The translations under genes were made by a program, and so were the position numbers. From assembly GCA_032718475.1 (NCBI GenBank), contig JAUCBJ010004176.1, positions 1-64,000 on the forward strand: a DNA stretch of 64,000 nt, in the 5' to 3' direction. The DNA is from Nemertoderma westbladi (taxonomy: Eukaryota; Animalia; Xenacoelomorpha). Below the pieces are notes generated by a model that made no database searches, was not told the origin of the DNA, and saw only the letters and a program-made list of their open reading frames with translations. Shown in pieces: positions 1 to 15,100 of the stretch. The first letter of the stretch is position 1, and each line of letters begins with the position of its first letter.

Positions 1-37
1 TGCGCTTAAGCTCTTTCTCAACTTTATCCTTTCTTTT
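1..37 (-). CDS. RPGR: RPGR exon 14 (runs off the window)
   Basis: ttttctacag|AAAAGAAAGGAT, KRKDKVEKELKR. Confidence 0.65.
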
Positions 38-215
38 CTGTAGAAAAAAATAGATCTTTGCAATTCAAGGATATCACAATGTAGATTGTTTGTGATACGG
101 AAAGTATCAGTATCATGTCTGAAGCCGATCACCTACCATGGGTTATTGGATTACAATAAAATCATAATTAAAATTTTAAAATCATAAAACACAAAAACAG
201 AACATAATTACTAAC

Positions 216-305
216 CTTTTCTTTCTTCTTTTTATCTGATTTCTTCTCCGCAGAATGTTCATCTACCTCCTTATCAGAATAATCACTTTCATTATCATCA
301 TCCTC
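216..305 (-). CDS. RPGR: RPGR exon 13
   Basis: ttttgtag| and AAG|GTTAGT, 90 nt, phase 0-0. EDDDNESDYSDKE... Confidence 0.75.
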
Positions 306-1540
306 CTACAAAAATCCAATCCATTACACGGGAACGGGAAGTTACATTGGGGAGGATTGAACAAATAAAAATATCATAAAAACAATTATAGAACTCCGAT
401 AAAGGAGATATCACCTTAAATAATTATTATTATGTACAAAAAAATAATAATTTAGTATTATTTATAATTTTTTTTAAAATAAATAATTAATTAAAGAGAT
501 AAAATCACTTTCCTGTTCATAACTTTGTAAGAAGTTTGTTCTGAACCTCACAAAGCTTTCCGAACCTTACTGGAGCGATATAGATATGCAGAAAAGTCGC
601 CAAACTAGTACTTTTATTTTTCAAAAAATAAAGTTTCTCAAAACCCAAAATTGAGAGCGAGTATTGTCAGAGCTTAAATATAATATGGAAAAAATATAAA
701 CCGCTTACATGTCAATTTGCTTGTAACGATTAATTATTTCAATACATTTTATAGGATAATTTGTGACAGGCGTGAGAAATTTCCTGTGACCCACAATGCA
801 AATGTTATGAGAACCAGATTACAGGCGGGGTTTCATGCGGACAGTTTTTATGGTACGAATGACGCTGACAAACACACATTGTAAGCGCTGCGTTGACTAT
901 TTTACAACGCAACGCGATTTAAGAACTGTTATTTTTGCACTGGGGTACCAATTTCAGGTTTATTATGCAATGCTATTGGTTATAACGCTGGTTACAGGAG
1001 GGGACAGTTTATGGTTTTCTGTCTCGATCCGTGACCTATTAATATATGGGGCCAAATATCATGTGATTGAAGGTAAATAGACTGTAGGGTGTTGTACCGC
1101 GGTAATGTGTAATATGTGTAATAAATGTAATCCTGGTTATATTTGAATTATTTAATTTGTTTAACTTGTTTTCTTGAATTTAACAACATTCTTTATTAGG
1201 GTATTTAGATTCAAAATTCTGAAATTCTAGAACATAAACATAAACGCCCCCACCCGAACCACACAATTAGCATCTTAAACAGCTTCACCGAATAAACGCC
1301 TCCCCAATTAGCAATTTCTAAACTTAAAACGCCCGGGCTCTTTTTTCGAAGAAAATACGGTATGTTTACAGTCTTATAGTTTAGCAAACACGGTAACCTA
1401 GATTCCTGACGAAATATCTACCTGTAACATTTTATTTCATGAAATTTAATTTTGTAGAAATGGAATTAGACTGTCATTGTCTCACTTTTTGGTATATTTT
1501 GGCCACTTTTCTGTGTATTGTGCCTTCTGATTCCACTAAC

Positions 1541-1600
1541 CTTACTACTTTTATCAGTCTTACTTTTCTTCTTCTTCCCCTTCTTTTCGGTTTTAGATTT
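1541..1600 (-). CDS. RPGR: RPGR exon 12 (Lys-rich)
   Basis: ttttcag| and AAG|GTTAGT, 60 nt, phase 0-0. Confidence 0.75.
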
Positions 1601-2203
1601 CTGAAAAGAAATTAAAATAAAATGAAAAAAAATAATCAAAAATTGAAACAAATATTTTTACTCCGCTGGTTTCAACAACGACACGTTAAGTTGTATATAT
1701 AGAGCTGGCCCCCACTGTTGTTTATCAATAAATTAATGGAAAGGAACTGGTTACATTTATTCAAACCAAAACAATAAACGAGAGCACAAGTTATCATATA
1801 ATTTCTGACCAACTGGCATTTCCGTCGCCCATGATGGAGTGAGTTCAATATTTTACCTGCGTAAAGGTCCATCTGTCTGTACCCCCAATTATTTCCTTAT
1901 TAATGCCGTTTTAAAGAATTGTGAAACATAATTTATATAATTCAATGCGATTCTTAAAATTGTTTTGAATCCAAAACTCGGCTAGGACGAGTAACGTGAT
2001 AAAGCCGCCGTTTGGGGAAAAACTTAGAGATCAGATGAAGACGATCAGCTGCTACCAGATCACCTACAATACCAGTGTAAACCAGTAGACATCGCAAGCA
2101 GATGTTAATGAACCAGATGGAACAAACAAAGTCATAATGTAAATAATTCACCGTAAAACATGAATATTATCAATTAAATAAGAAGATGCGCAGTGATCCC
2201 CAC

Positions 2204-2283
2204 CTTGGGTTCTTTTTCTTCGGTTTTATCCTCAAGTATATCGCTCGTATTTTCAGCTACATCATCAGCTTTATTCACAACGT
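2204..2283 (-). CDS. RPGR: RPGR exon 11
   Basis: tttcag| and AAG|GTGGGG, phase 1-0. DVVNKADD...EEKEPK. Confidence 0.7.
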
Positions 2284-3456
2284 CTGAAAGAATTTGCGAT
2301 ATAGTTAAATAAACAAACGTAAGAAATTAAAATATAAGGGTGCGAACCTATCTCATACTGAGTATTTTTTAAAAACTAAACAATGGATAAAAATAATGTA
2401 TAAGTATGATAATATTCAAAACTTATGTTCATTCATACACATTTATAAACACACAACCAATATTATACATTTTGAAAGGATGTCTAACCATATAAAGATA
2501 ATGTTAGTTTAACCTACATATTGCCAATGCGGTAGCAAAGTGAACTGTTCACTGTTAGTGAGCACTACAACAAACATAATTAAAATTTAAGGAATATGAA
2601 AAGAAAAACAAATTGTGTCAGCGAGTAAGTAGAGAGTATAAGTAAATATTAAGTTTTGCTTACCAAAATGTAGACGGCGGGACACACAGTAAAGTAGTAT
2701 ATTAATAAAATTTTCAATAGCTGCATGGAGTTTTGCAACTTCATGGTGTAAAATGCCACGCAGTGCAATACGCGACAGCTAAATACCTGAATTTCGGTTA
2801 ACTGTCTATCTCTATAGACGGCATGTGACATTGCCACCACAGAAGAAATCTGTGCTGGATTTTCAACAAAATGCGCCGCAACAAATCCCTATCACCCAAG
2901 ACTTTCGCGAGATTATCCGCATCTTCTCGATCAGTGCCCTTTAAATCCGTCTCAAAAAACCCCTTCACCTAAAAAAAACGTTTTTAGGTCTTTCGAGAAT
3001 GATCTCCATGATCCGAAGTAGCAGAAATCACCGGCATGCTTTGCTTAGCACACCGTCCGTAGAGGTTATCCTCATACGGTCAGACATTACCTTATTTCTG
3101 GTACAATAATACGTCTCTATGGTAAAAGGTAACATTTGAAGCACCACATTCAAAGCAAAGTGATTGGACTCACCTTGTCTATCACATGAATGACTATAGT
3201 TGTCATCAATATGATTATATTTACAAATTAGTTTCAAACAGTTGGTAAAAATAATATACAAAAGTATGTCTAAATGTCTAATAATATACAAAAACACCCC
3301 ATCTAACAGTAAGCTGCATGCATTGGCCACTGGCCAGGCCATTCGCGAAAATCGTTCAAAACAATAGTAAGAAGGAAAATAGAGAAAAAAACAATAAAGC
3401 GGAATGTTAAACAATATTTTTAGTGCACCAAAAACGGGGCTTGTTGTCTTGGTTAC

Positions 3457-3996
3457 CTGGATCTTTTTCATCATCATCTTTAATTTTTCCTGATTTTTTC
3501 TTCTTTTCTTTTCTCTCTTCATCTTTCTCCTTTTTATCTTGCTCTTTCTCCTTTTTCTCTTGCTCTTTCTCCTTTTTCTCTTGCTCTTTGCGTTTCTTTT
3601 CTTCCTCTTTTTCTTTCTGTTTTCTCTGCTTCTCTTCCTCCTTTAACTTTTTCTTCTCTTCTTTACTAAGTTTTTTATTTTCCGATTTCTCAACCTCGCT
3701 GCCGCTATCATCCTCGTTGTCCTCCGACTTTTTAGATTTCTTCTTCTTATGTTTTACTTTCTTTGATTTACTTTTCGACTCAACATTCTCATCATCCTTA
3801 CCAACTTCCTTCTCGCTCTCACTGGCGAGTTCCGCAATCTGCTTTGTCTCATCCTCATCATCATCAACCTGTTTGGATTCATCATCAACACCATCACGCA
3901 ATTCTCTCTGGGGCTCCACGTCTCCCAGACAATCCACTGGACCATCCGCATCTCTGAGAGGGACCTCGCCGTTCGCCAAGGTATTCACCAATGTTC
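3457..3996 (-). CDS. RPGR: RPGR exon 10, large Glu/Asp/Lys-rich exon
   Basis: taccag| and |GTAACC, 540 nt, phase 1-1. Purine-rich, charged low-complexity sequence. Confidence 0.85.
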
Positions 3997-4278
3997 CTGG
4001 TAGAGGAACCAAGAACAACCAAAAGGTCAACTTTCTTTACCCAATAATTAATTCACGATTACATAACAAGTAACAACTATTATTAATACATCTATATACC
4101 ATTTAATTAACATATTTTTGAGTATTTTCAATAATTAACAACAATTAATTTGGGATAGAAGGGATAGGTTATTATCAGAAACAATTAATAATTGACAGGG
4201 GCAATGACATTCATTGTTAAAGGACAAAGAAACGTTTAACATTTATACGACGAATTTTAAAACATTTACATGGCGGCG

Positions 4279-7200
4279 GTTCTACATAATCAAAATTACC
4301 AATTATTGGGTGTTCTACTTAATCAACATTACCAATTATTGGGTGTTCTACTTAATCATTACCAATTATTGGGTGTTCTACTTAATAAAACAACTTACCA
4401 ATTATTGGGTGTTCTACTTAATCAACATTACCAATTATTGGGTGTTCTACTTAATCAATACCAATTATTGGGTGTTCTACTTAATCATTACCAATTATTG
4501 GGTGTTCTACTTAATCATTACCAATTATTGGGTGTTCTACTTAATCAACATTACCAATTATTGGGTGTTCTACTTAATCATTACCAATTATTGGGTGTTC
4601 TACTTAATAAAACAACTTACCAATTATTGGGTGTTCTACTTAATAAACATTACCAATTATTGGGTGTTCTACTTAATCATTACCAATTATTGGGTGTTCT
4701 ACTTAATCATTACCAATTATTGGGTGTTCTACTTAATAAACACTTACCAATTGGGTGTTCTACTTAATCAACATTACCAATTATTGGGTGTTCTACTTAA
4801 TCAATACCAATTATTGGGTGTTCTACTTAATAAACACTTACCAATTAGGTGTTCTACTTAATCAACATTACCAATTATTGGGTGTTCTCTTAATCAACAT
4901 TACCAATTATTGGGTGTTCTACTTAATAAACACTTACCAATTGGGTGTTCTACTTAATCAACATTACCAATTATTGGGTGTTCTACTTAATAAACACGTA
5001 CCAATTGGGTGTTCTACTTAATCAACATTACCAATTATTGGGTGTTCTACTTAATAAACACTTACCAATTGGGTGTTCTACTTAATAAACACTTACCAAT
5101 TGGGTGTTCTACTTAATAAACACTTACCAATTGGGTGTTCTACTTAATAAACACGTACCAATTGGGTGTTTTACTTAATCAACATTACCAATTATTGGGT
5201 GTTCTACTTAATAAACACTTACCAATTGGGTGTTCTACTTAATAAACACTTACCAATTGGGTGTTCTACGTAATAAACACTTGCCAATTCCGTGTTCTAC
5301 TTAATAAACACTTAACAATTGGGTGTTCTACTTAATAAACACTTACCAATTGGGTGTTCTACTTAATAAACACTTACCAATTGGGTGTTCTACTTAATAA
5401 ACACTTACCAATTGGGTGTTCTACTTAATAAACACTTACCAATTGGGTGTTCTACTTAATAAACACTTACCAATTGGGTGTTCTACTTAATAAACACTTA
5501 CCAATTGGGTGTTCTACTTAATAAACACTTACCAATTGGGTGTGCTACTTAATCAACATTACCAATTATTGGGTGTTATACTTAATAAACATTTACAAAT
5601 TGGGTGTTCTATTTAATAAACACTTACCAATTGGGTGTTCTACTTAATAAACATTTACCAATTGGGTGTTCTACTTAATAAACACTTACCAATTGGGTGT
5701 TCTACTTAATAAACACTTACCAATTGGGTGTTCTACTTAATAAACACTTACCATTTGGGTGTTCTACTTAATAAACACTTACCAATTGGGTGTTCTACTT
5801 AATAAACACTTACCAATTGGGTGTTCTACTTAATAAACACTTACAAATTGGGTGTTCTATTTAATAAACACTTACCAATTGGGTGTTCTACTTAATAAAC
5901 ACTTACCAATTGGGTGTTCTACTTAATAAACACTTACCAATTGGGTGTTATACTTAATAAACACTTACCAATTGGGTGTTCTACTTAATAAACACTTACC
6001 AATTGGATGTTCTACTTAATAAACACTTATCAATTGGGTGTTCTACTTAAGAAACACTTTCCAATTGGGTGTTCTACTTAATAAACATTTACCAATTGGG
6101 TGTTATACTTAATAAACACTTACCAATTGGGTGTTCTACTTAATAAACACTTACCAATTGGGTGTTATACTTAATAAACACTTACCAATTGGGTGTTCTA
6201 CTTAATAAACACTTACCAATTGGATGTTCTACTTAATAAACACTTACCAATTGGATGTTCTACTTAATAAACACTTATCAATTGGGTGTTCTACTTAAGA
6301 AACACTTTCCAATTGGGTGTTCTACTTTATAAACACTTACCAATTGGGTGTTCTACTTAATAAACACTTACCAATTGGGTGTTCTACTTAATAAACACTT
6401 ACCAATTGGGTGTTCTATTTAATAAACACTTACCAATTGGGTGTTCTACTTAATAAACACTTACCAATTGGGTGTTCTACTTAATAAACATTTACCAATT
6501 GGGTGTTATACTTAATAAACACTTACCAATTGGGTGTTCTACTTAATAAACACTTACCAATTGGGTGTTCTACTTAATAAACATTTACCAATTGGGTGTT
6601 ATACTTAATAAACACTTACCAATTGGGTGTTCTACTTAATAAACACTTACCAATTGGGTGTTCTACTTAATAAACAGTTACCAATTGGGTGTTCTACTTA
6701 ATAAACACTTACCAATTGGGTGTTCTACTTAATAAACACTTACCAATTGGGTGTTATACTTAATAAACACTTACCAATTGGGTGTTCTACTTAATAAACA
6801 CTTACCAATTGGGTGTTCTACTTAATAAACACTTACCAATTGGGTGTTCTACTTAATAAACACTTACCAATTGGGTGTTATACTTAATAAACACTTTACC
6901 AATTGGGTGTTCTACTTAATAAACACTTACCAATTGGATGTTCTACTTAATAAACAGTTACCAATTGGGTGTTCTACTTAATAAACACTTACCAACTGGG
7001 TGTTCTACTTAATAAACACTTACCAATTGGGTGTTATACTTAATAAACACTTACCAATTGGGTGTTCTACTTAATAAACACTTACCAATTGGGTGTTCTA
7101 CTTAATAAACACTTACCAATTGGGTGTTCTACTTAATAAACACTTACCAATTGGGTGTTATACTTAATAAACACTTACCAATTGGGTGTTCTACTTAATA

Positions 7201-7834
7201 AACACTTACCAATTGGGTGTTCTACTTAATAAACAGTTACCAATTGGGTGTTCTACTTAATAAACACTTACCAATTGGGTGTTCTACTTAATAAACACTT
7301 ACCAACTGGGTGTTCTACTTAATAAACACTTACCAATTGGGTGTTATACTTAATAAACACTTACCAATTGGGTGTTATACTTAATAAACACTTACCAATT
7401 GGGTGTTCTACTTAATAAACACTTACCAATTGGGTGTTCTACTTAATAAACAGTTACCAATTGGGTGTTCTACTTAATAAACACTTACCAACTGGGTGTT
7501 CTACTTAATAAACACTTACCAATTGGGTGTTATACTTAATAAACACTTACCAATTGGGTGTTCTACTTAATAAACACTTACCAATTGGGTGTTCTACTTA
7601 ATAAACACTTACCAATTGGGTGTTCTACTTAATAAACACTTACCAATTGGGTGTTATACTTAATAAACACTTTACCAATTGGGTGTTCTACTTAATAAAC
7701 ACTTACCAATTGGATGTTCTACTTAATAAACACTTATCAATTGGGTGTTCTACTTAAGAAACACTTACCAATTGGGTTTTCTACTTAATAAACACTTACC
7801 AATTGGGTGTTCTACTTAATAAACACTTACCAAT
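4279..7834. repeat. 31-bp minisatellite, about 114 copies, containing the exon 9 donor site
   Basis: Unit TACCAATTGGGTGTTCTACTTAATAAACACT; the minus strand reads ATTG|GTAAGT. Units at 4279-5050 include longer or shorter variants. Confidence 0.97.
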
Positions 7835-7996
7835 AACCTTATCATTATCTTCGGCGACGATATCTGTGACGTCACCGACTCCATCAACTCCTTCTTCCGA
7901 GCTTTGTTTCTGTTGTTTCTCCTCTAATCTTTTTTTTCTTCTAAACGATTCTTTCGGTTTCATTTTCTCGATAGTCCCAGATCGAGAAAAATGAGT
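7831..7996 (-). CDS. RPGR: RPGR exon 9
   Basis: tttcag| and |GTAAGT, phase 0-1. THFSRSGTIEK...DNDKVI. Its donor seeds the 31-bp satellite. Confidence 0.85.
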
Positions 7997-8679
7997 CTGA
8001 AAATTAAATAAATAAATATAAATCAAGATGTAAATATTTAGGAACCGTAGGTTGCTTGTCACAAGTCAGCACTGAAAGGAATCTGTGTTGATTGAATGAA
8101 TGAGTGAGTGAGTTATCAAATTCAAACCGGCTCTAACGATTTTACAAATATTTTCAAAACTGGTAGATACCCTAAATCTAAGGTCACTCACAAATGTTCA
8201 GACTCAGGAAGTCAGGTGTCTAGCAATGGGATGCTCCAATTATTGGCGAATATTGAACTTCAACGCCGCTAGGTACATCTCGCACAATATATTCGGGACA
8301 CATTACGAGGGTCGAGATAAACTAATTACTTATAAAAAATCTGCTACATTTTCGGAACAAACACGGCAACTGCGATGAGTAAAAGAAGAATCTAATATAA
8401 TAGGGCAAAGAAATTTAGGCGATTGCGTCATGTTTATTTTTCACAATGATAATTAATTATTAAGCATTGAACGTAGGCTCTACCTACTTTACTAAGTAAA
8501 TTTGTTTTTGCCATGTACTTAGGTTATTAGTAGAGTAACACTCACAACATCTTACAACATCTGTTGTAGCCTTCTAACACTGATGCGGTGGTACCTTAAC
8601 ATCGGATCGAGGCGTGTCTATATAGCGATTCACAGTTAAAACACACAGATTGACTAGGGTGGGTGGTAGTGGATTGGGC

Positions 8680-8970
8680 TCTGAGTCTATCAGATAGGGG
8701 GGGGGGGGGGGGGGGGGGGGGGGGGAAACTGGACGCGATAAAAATTCATCCCTCTCCTGGGGAAATTGGACTCAAGTAACAGCTGATTACTATCAAAAAT
8801 AAAACTGTAACCTGTTCTATTGTGTTTAGTTTATTGTTTTGGTTAAAATATTGTGCCACTGTAACCTGCTCCTTTCCCTAAATTGAGAATTTAACATTGA
8901 GGCGGGTTATTAATTCGCCAAGGCGGGTTTTGCGTCGAGTTTCCCCCCGCCTGTCTCGAGTCTATAGAGC
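8680..8970. mobile_element. MITE-like dispersed repeat carrying a shared ~100-bp core
   Basis: Core AAAATAAAACTGTAACCTG...CCACTGTAACCTGCTCCTTTCCCT recurs at about 19594, 20936, 18445, 23685 and 36465; imperfect inverted arms. Confidence 0.6.
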
Positions 8971-9171
8971 AGCCTGGTGTAGCTTGGGATGAATGTAACG
9001 GAATTTAACACGGGGCTGTTTGTGGCTAATAGTGCGGCTCAGATTTGCATAATTTGAGATACTTTAACCAATATATAATAATTGATGACTTCCAAAAAAA
9101 TAGAAATACAAGAATCGTAAAAAATGTTGAAAAAATGTGTAGGAGATAGAGAATATCTGATAAACGATATG

Positions 9172-12100
9172 AGAACCTGCGTAGTTACCCGGACCACACG
9201 AACTCACCACATTAAATAGATCCATTGTGAACCTGCGTAGTTACCCGGACCACACGAACTCACCATATTAAATAGATCCACTGTGAACCTGCGTAGTTAC
9301 CCGGACCACACGAACTCACCACATTAAATAGATCCACTGTGAACCTGCGTAGTTACTCGGACCACACGAACTCACCACATTAAATAGATCCACTGTGAAC
9401 CTGCGTAGTTACCCGGACCACACGAACTCACCACATTAAATAAATCCACTGTGAACCTGCGTAGTTACCCGGACCACACGAACTCACCACATTAAATAGA
9501 TCCACTGTGAACCTGCGTAGTTACCCGGACCACACGAACTCACCACATTAAATAGATCCACTGTGAACCTGCGTAGTTACCCGGACCACACGAACTCACC
9601 ACATTAAATAGATCCATTGTGAACCTGCGTAGTTACCCGGACCACACGAACTCACCATATTAAATAGATCCACTGTGAACCTGCGTAGTTACCCGGACCA
9701 CACGAACTCACCACATTAAATAGATCCACTGTGAACCTGCGTAGTTACCCGGACCACACGAACTCACCACATTAAATAGATCCATTGTGAACCTGCGTTG
9801 TTACCCGGACCACACGAACTCACCACATTAAATAGATCCATTGTGAACCTGCGTAGTTACCCGGACCACACGAACTCACCACATTAAATAGATCCACTGT
9901 GAACCTGCGTAGTTACCCGGACCACACGAACTCACCACATTAAATAGATCCACTGTGAACCTGCGCAGTTACCGGGACCAAACGAACTCACCATATTAAA
10001 CAGATCCACTGTGAACCTGCGTAGTTACCCGGACCACACGAACTCACCACATTAAATAGATCCACTGTGAACCTGCGTAGTTACCCGGACCACACGAACT
10101 CACCACATTAAATAGATCCATTGTGAACCTGCGTAGTTACCCGGACCACACGAACTCACCACATTAAATAGATCCATTGTGAACCTGCGTAGTTACCCGG
10201 ACCACACGAACTCACCACATTAAATAGATCCACTGTGAACCTGCGTAGTTACCCGGACCACACGAACTCACCACATTAAATAGATCCACTGTAAACCTGC
10301 GTAGTTACCCGGACCACACGAACTCACCACATTAAATAGATCCATTGTGAACCTGCGTAGTTACCCGGACCACACGAACTCACCACATTAAATAGATCCA
10401 CTGTGAACCTGCGTAGTTACCCGGACCACACGAACTCACCACATTAAATAAATCCACTGTGAACCTGCGTAGTTACCCGGACCACACGAACTCACCACAT
10501 TAAATAGATCCACTGTGAACCTGCGTAGTTACCCGGACCACACGAACTCACCACATTAAATAGATCCATTGTGAACCTGCGTTGTTACCCGGACCACACG
10601 AACTCACCACATTAAATAGATCCATTGTGAACCTGCGTAGTTACCCGGACCACACGAACTCACCACATTAAATAGATCCACTGTGAACCTGCGTAGTTAC
10701 CCGGACCACACGAACTCACCACATTAAATAGATCCACTGTGAACCTGCGCAGTTACCGGGACCAAACGAACTCACCATATTAAACAGATCCACTGTGAAC
10801 CTGCGTAGTTACCCGGACCACACGAACTCACCACATTAAATAGATCCACTGTGAACCTGCGTAGTTACCCGGACCACACGAACTCACCACATTAAATAGA
10901 TCCATTGTGAACCTGCGTAGTTACCCGGACCACACGAACTCACCACATTAAATAGATCCATTGTGAACCTGCGTAGTTACCCGGACCACACGAACTCACC
11001 ACATTAAATAGATCCACTGTGAACCTGCGTAGTTACCCGGACCACACGAACTCACCACATTAAATAGATCCACTGTAAACCTGCGTAGTTACCCGGACCA
11101 CACGAACTCACCACATTAAATAGATCCATTGTGAACCTGCGTAGTTACCCGGACCACACGAACTCACCACATTAAATAGATCCACTGTGAACCTGCGTAG
11201 TTACCCGGACCACACGAACTCACCACATTAAATAAATCCACTGTGAACCTGCGTAGTTACCCGGACCACACGAACTCACCACATTAAATAGATCCACTGT
11301 GAACCTGCGTAGTTACCCGGACCACACGAACTCACCACATTAAATAGATCCATTGTGAACCTGCGTTGTTACCCGGACCACACGAACTCACCACATTAAA
11401 TAGATCCATTGTGAACCTGCGTAGTTACCCGGACCACACGAACTCACCACATTAAATAGATCCACTGTGAACCTGCGTAGTTACCCGGACCACACGAACT
11501 CACCACATTAAATAGATCCACTGTGAACCTGCGCAGTTACCGGGACCAAACGAACTCACCATATTAAACAGATCCACTGTGAACCTGCGTAGTTACCCGG
11601 ACCACACGAACTCACCACATTAAATAGATCCACTGTGAACCTGCGTAGTTACCCGGACCACACGAACTCACCACATTAAATAGATCCATTGTGAACCTGC
11701 GTAGTTACCCGGACCACACGAACTCACCACATTAAATAGATCCACTGTGAACCTGCGTAGTTACCCGGACCACACGAACTCACCACATTAAATAGATCCC
11801 TTGTGAACCTGCGTAGTTACCCGGACCACACGAACTCACCACATTAAATAGATCCACTGTGAACCTGCGTAGTTACCCGGACCACACGAACTCACCACAT
11901 TAAATAGATCCACTGTGAACCTGCGCAGTTACCCGGAACCAAACGAACTCACCATATTAAACAGATCCACTGTGAACCTGCGTAGTTACCCGGACCACAC
12001 GAACTCACCACATTAAATAGATCCACTGTGAACCTGCGTAGTTACCCGGACCACACGAACTCACCACATTAAATAGATCCATTGTGAACCTGCGTAGTTA

Positions 12101-15100
12101 CCCGGACCACACGAACTCACCACATTAAATAGATCCACTGTGAACCTGCGTAGTTACCCGGACCACACGAACTCACCACATTAAATAGATCCATTGTGAA
12201 CCTGCGTAGTTACCCGGACCACACGAACACACCACATTAAATAGATCCACTGTGAACCTGCGTAGTTACCCGGACCACACGAACTCACCACATTAAATAG
12301 ATCCACTGTGAACCTGCGTAGTTACCCGGACCACACGAACTCACCACATTAAATAGATCCACTGTGAACCTGCGCAGTTACCCGGAACCAAACGAACTCA
12401 CCATATTAAATAGATCCACTGTGAACCTGCGTAGTTACCCGGACCACACGAACTCACCACATTAAATAGATCCACTGTGAACCTGCGTAGTTACCCGGGC
12501 CACACGAACTCACCACATTAAATAGATCCCTGTGAACCTGCGTAGTTACCCGGACCACACGAACTCACCACATTAAATAGATCCACTGTGAACCTACGTA
12601 GTTACCCGGACCACACGAACTCACCACATTAAATAGATCCCTGTGAACCTGCGTAGTTACCCGGACCACACGAACTCACCACATTAAATAGATCCACTGT
12701 GAACCTGCGTAATTACCCGGACCCCGGACCACACGAACTCACCACATTAAATAGATGCACTGTGAACCTGCGTAGTTACCCGAACCACACGAACTCACCA
12801 CATTAAATAGATCCACTGTGAACCTGCGTAGTTACCCGGACCACACGAACTCACCACATTAAATAGATCCACTGTGAACCTGCGTAGTTACCCGGACCAC
12901 ACGAACTCACCACATTAAATAGATCCATTGTGAACCTGCGTAGTTATAGTTACCCGGACCACACGAACTCACCACATTAAATTGATCCACTGTGAACCTG
13001 CGTAGTTACCCGGGCCACACGAACTCACCACATTAAATAGATCCACTGTGAACCTGCGTAGTTACCCGGACCACACGAACTCACCACCTTAAATAGATCC
13101 ACTGTGAACCTGCGTAGTTACCCGGACCACACGAACTCACCACATTAAATAGATCCACTGTGAACCTGCGTAGTTACCCGGACCACACGAACTCACCACA
13201 TTAAATAGATCCACTGTAAACCTGCGTAGTTACCAGGACCACACGAACTCACCACATTAAATAGATCCACTGTGAACCTGCGTAGTTACCCGGACCACAC
13301 GAACTCACCACATTAAATAGATCCACTGTGAACCTGCGTAGTTACCCGGACCACACGAACTCACCACATTAAATAGATCCACTGTGAACCTGCGTAATTA
13401 CCCGGACACCGGACCACACGAACTCACCCCATTAAATAGATGCACTGTGAACCTGCGTAGTTACCCGGACCACACGAACTCACCACATTAAATAGATCCA
13501 CTGTGAACCTGCGTAATTACCCGGACCCCGGACCACAAGAACTCACCACATTAAATAGATCCACTGTGAACCTGCGTAGTTACCCGGACCACACGAACCC
13601 ACCACATTAAATAGATCCACTGAGAACCTGCGTAGTTACCCGGACCACACGAACTCACCACATTAAATAGATCCACTGTGAACCTGCGCAGTTACCCGGA
13701 ACCAAACGAACTCACCATATTAAATAGATCCACTGTGAACCTGCGTAGTTACCCGGACCACACGAACTCAACACATTAAATAGATCCACTGTGAACCTGC
13801 GTAGTTACCCGGACCACACGAACTCACCACATTAAATAGATGCACTGTGAACCTGCGTAGTTACCCGGACCACACGAACTCACCACATTAAATAGATCCA
13901 CTGAGAACCTGCGTAGTTACCCGGACCACACGAACCCACCACATTAAATAGATCCACTGAGAACCTGCGTAGTTACCCGGACCACACGAACTCACCACGT
14001 TAAATAGATCCACTGTGAACCTGCGTAGTTACCCGGACCACACGAACTCACCACATTAAATAGATCCACTGTGAACCTGCGTAGTTACCCGGACCACACG
14101 AACTCACCACATTAAATAGATCCACTGTGAACCTGCGTAGTTACCCGGACCACACGAACTCACCACCTTAAATAGATCCACTGTGAACCTGCGTAGTTAC
14201 CCGGACCACACGAACTCACCACATTAAATAGATCCACTATGAACCTGCGTAGTTACCCGGACCACACGAACTCACCACATTAAATAGATCCACTGTAAAC
14301 CTGCGTAGTTACCCGGACCACACGAACTCACCACATTAAATAGATCCATTGTGAACCTGCGTAGTTACCCGGACCACACGAACTCACCACATTAAATAGA
14401 TCCACTGTGAACCTGCGTAGTTACCCGGACCACACGAACTCACCATATTAAATAGATCCACTGTGAACCTGCGTAGTTACCCGGACCACACGAACTCACC
14501 ACATTAAATAGATCCACTGTGAACCTGCGTAGTTACCCGGACCACACGAACTCACCACATTAAATAGATCCACTGTGAACCTGCGTAGTTACCCGGACCA
14601 CACGAACTCACCACATTAAATAGATCCACTGTGAACCTGCGTAATTACCCGGACACCGGACCACACGAACTCACCACATTAAATAGATCCACTGTGAAGC
14701 TGCGTAGTTACCCGGACCACACGAACCCACCACATTAAATAGATCCACTGAGAACCTGCGTAGTTACCCGGACCACACGAACTCACCACATTAAATAGAT
14801 CCACTGTGAACCTGCGCAGTTACCCGGAACCAAACGAACTCACCATATTAAATAGATCCACTGTGAACCTGCGTAGTTACCCGGACCACACGAACTCAAC
14901 ACATTAAATAGATCCACTGTGAACCTGCGTAGTTACCCGGACCACACGAACTCACCACATTAAATAGATGCACTGTGAACCTGCGTAGTTACCCGGACCA
15001 CACGAACTCACCACATTAAATAGATCCACTGAGAACCTGCGTAGTTACCCGGACCACACGAACTCACCACATTAAATAGATCCACTGTGAACCTGCGTAG

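Noticed and set aside
3423-4073. 216-aa Ser/Phe-rich + strand ORF
   Set aside because: Antisense shadow of the Glu/Lys-rich RPGR exon.
4214-5021. Repetitive ORFs (TNYWVFYLI..., YQLLGVLLN...)
   Set aside because: Translations of the 31-bp minisatellite, antisense to the RPGR intron.
8697-8725. Long poly-G/C runs (also near 21918, 34455 and 35224)
   Set aside because: Simple homopolymers, common here and unreliable in length; no evidence of function.
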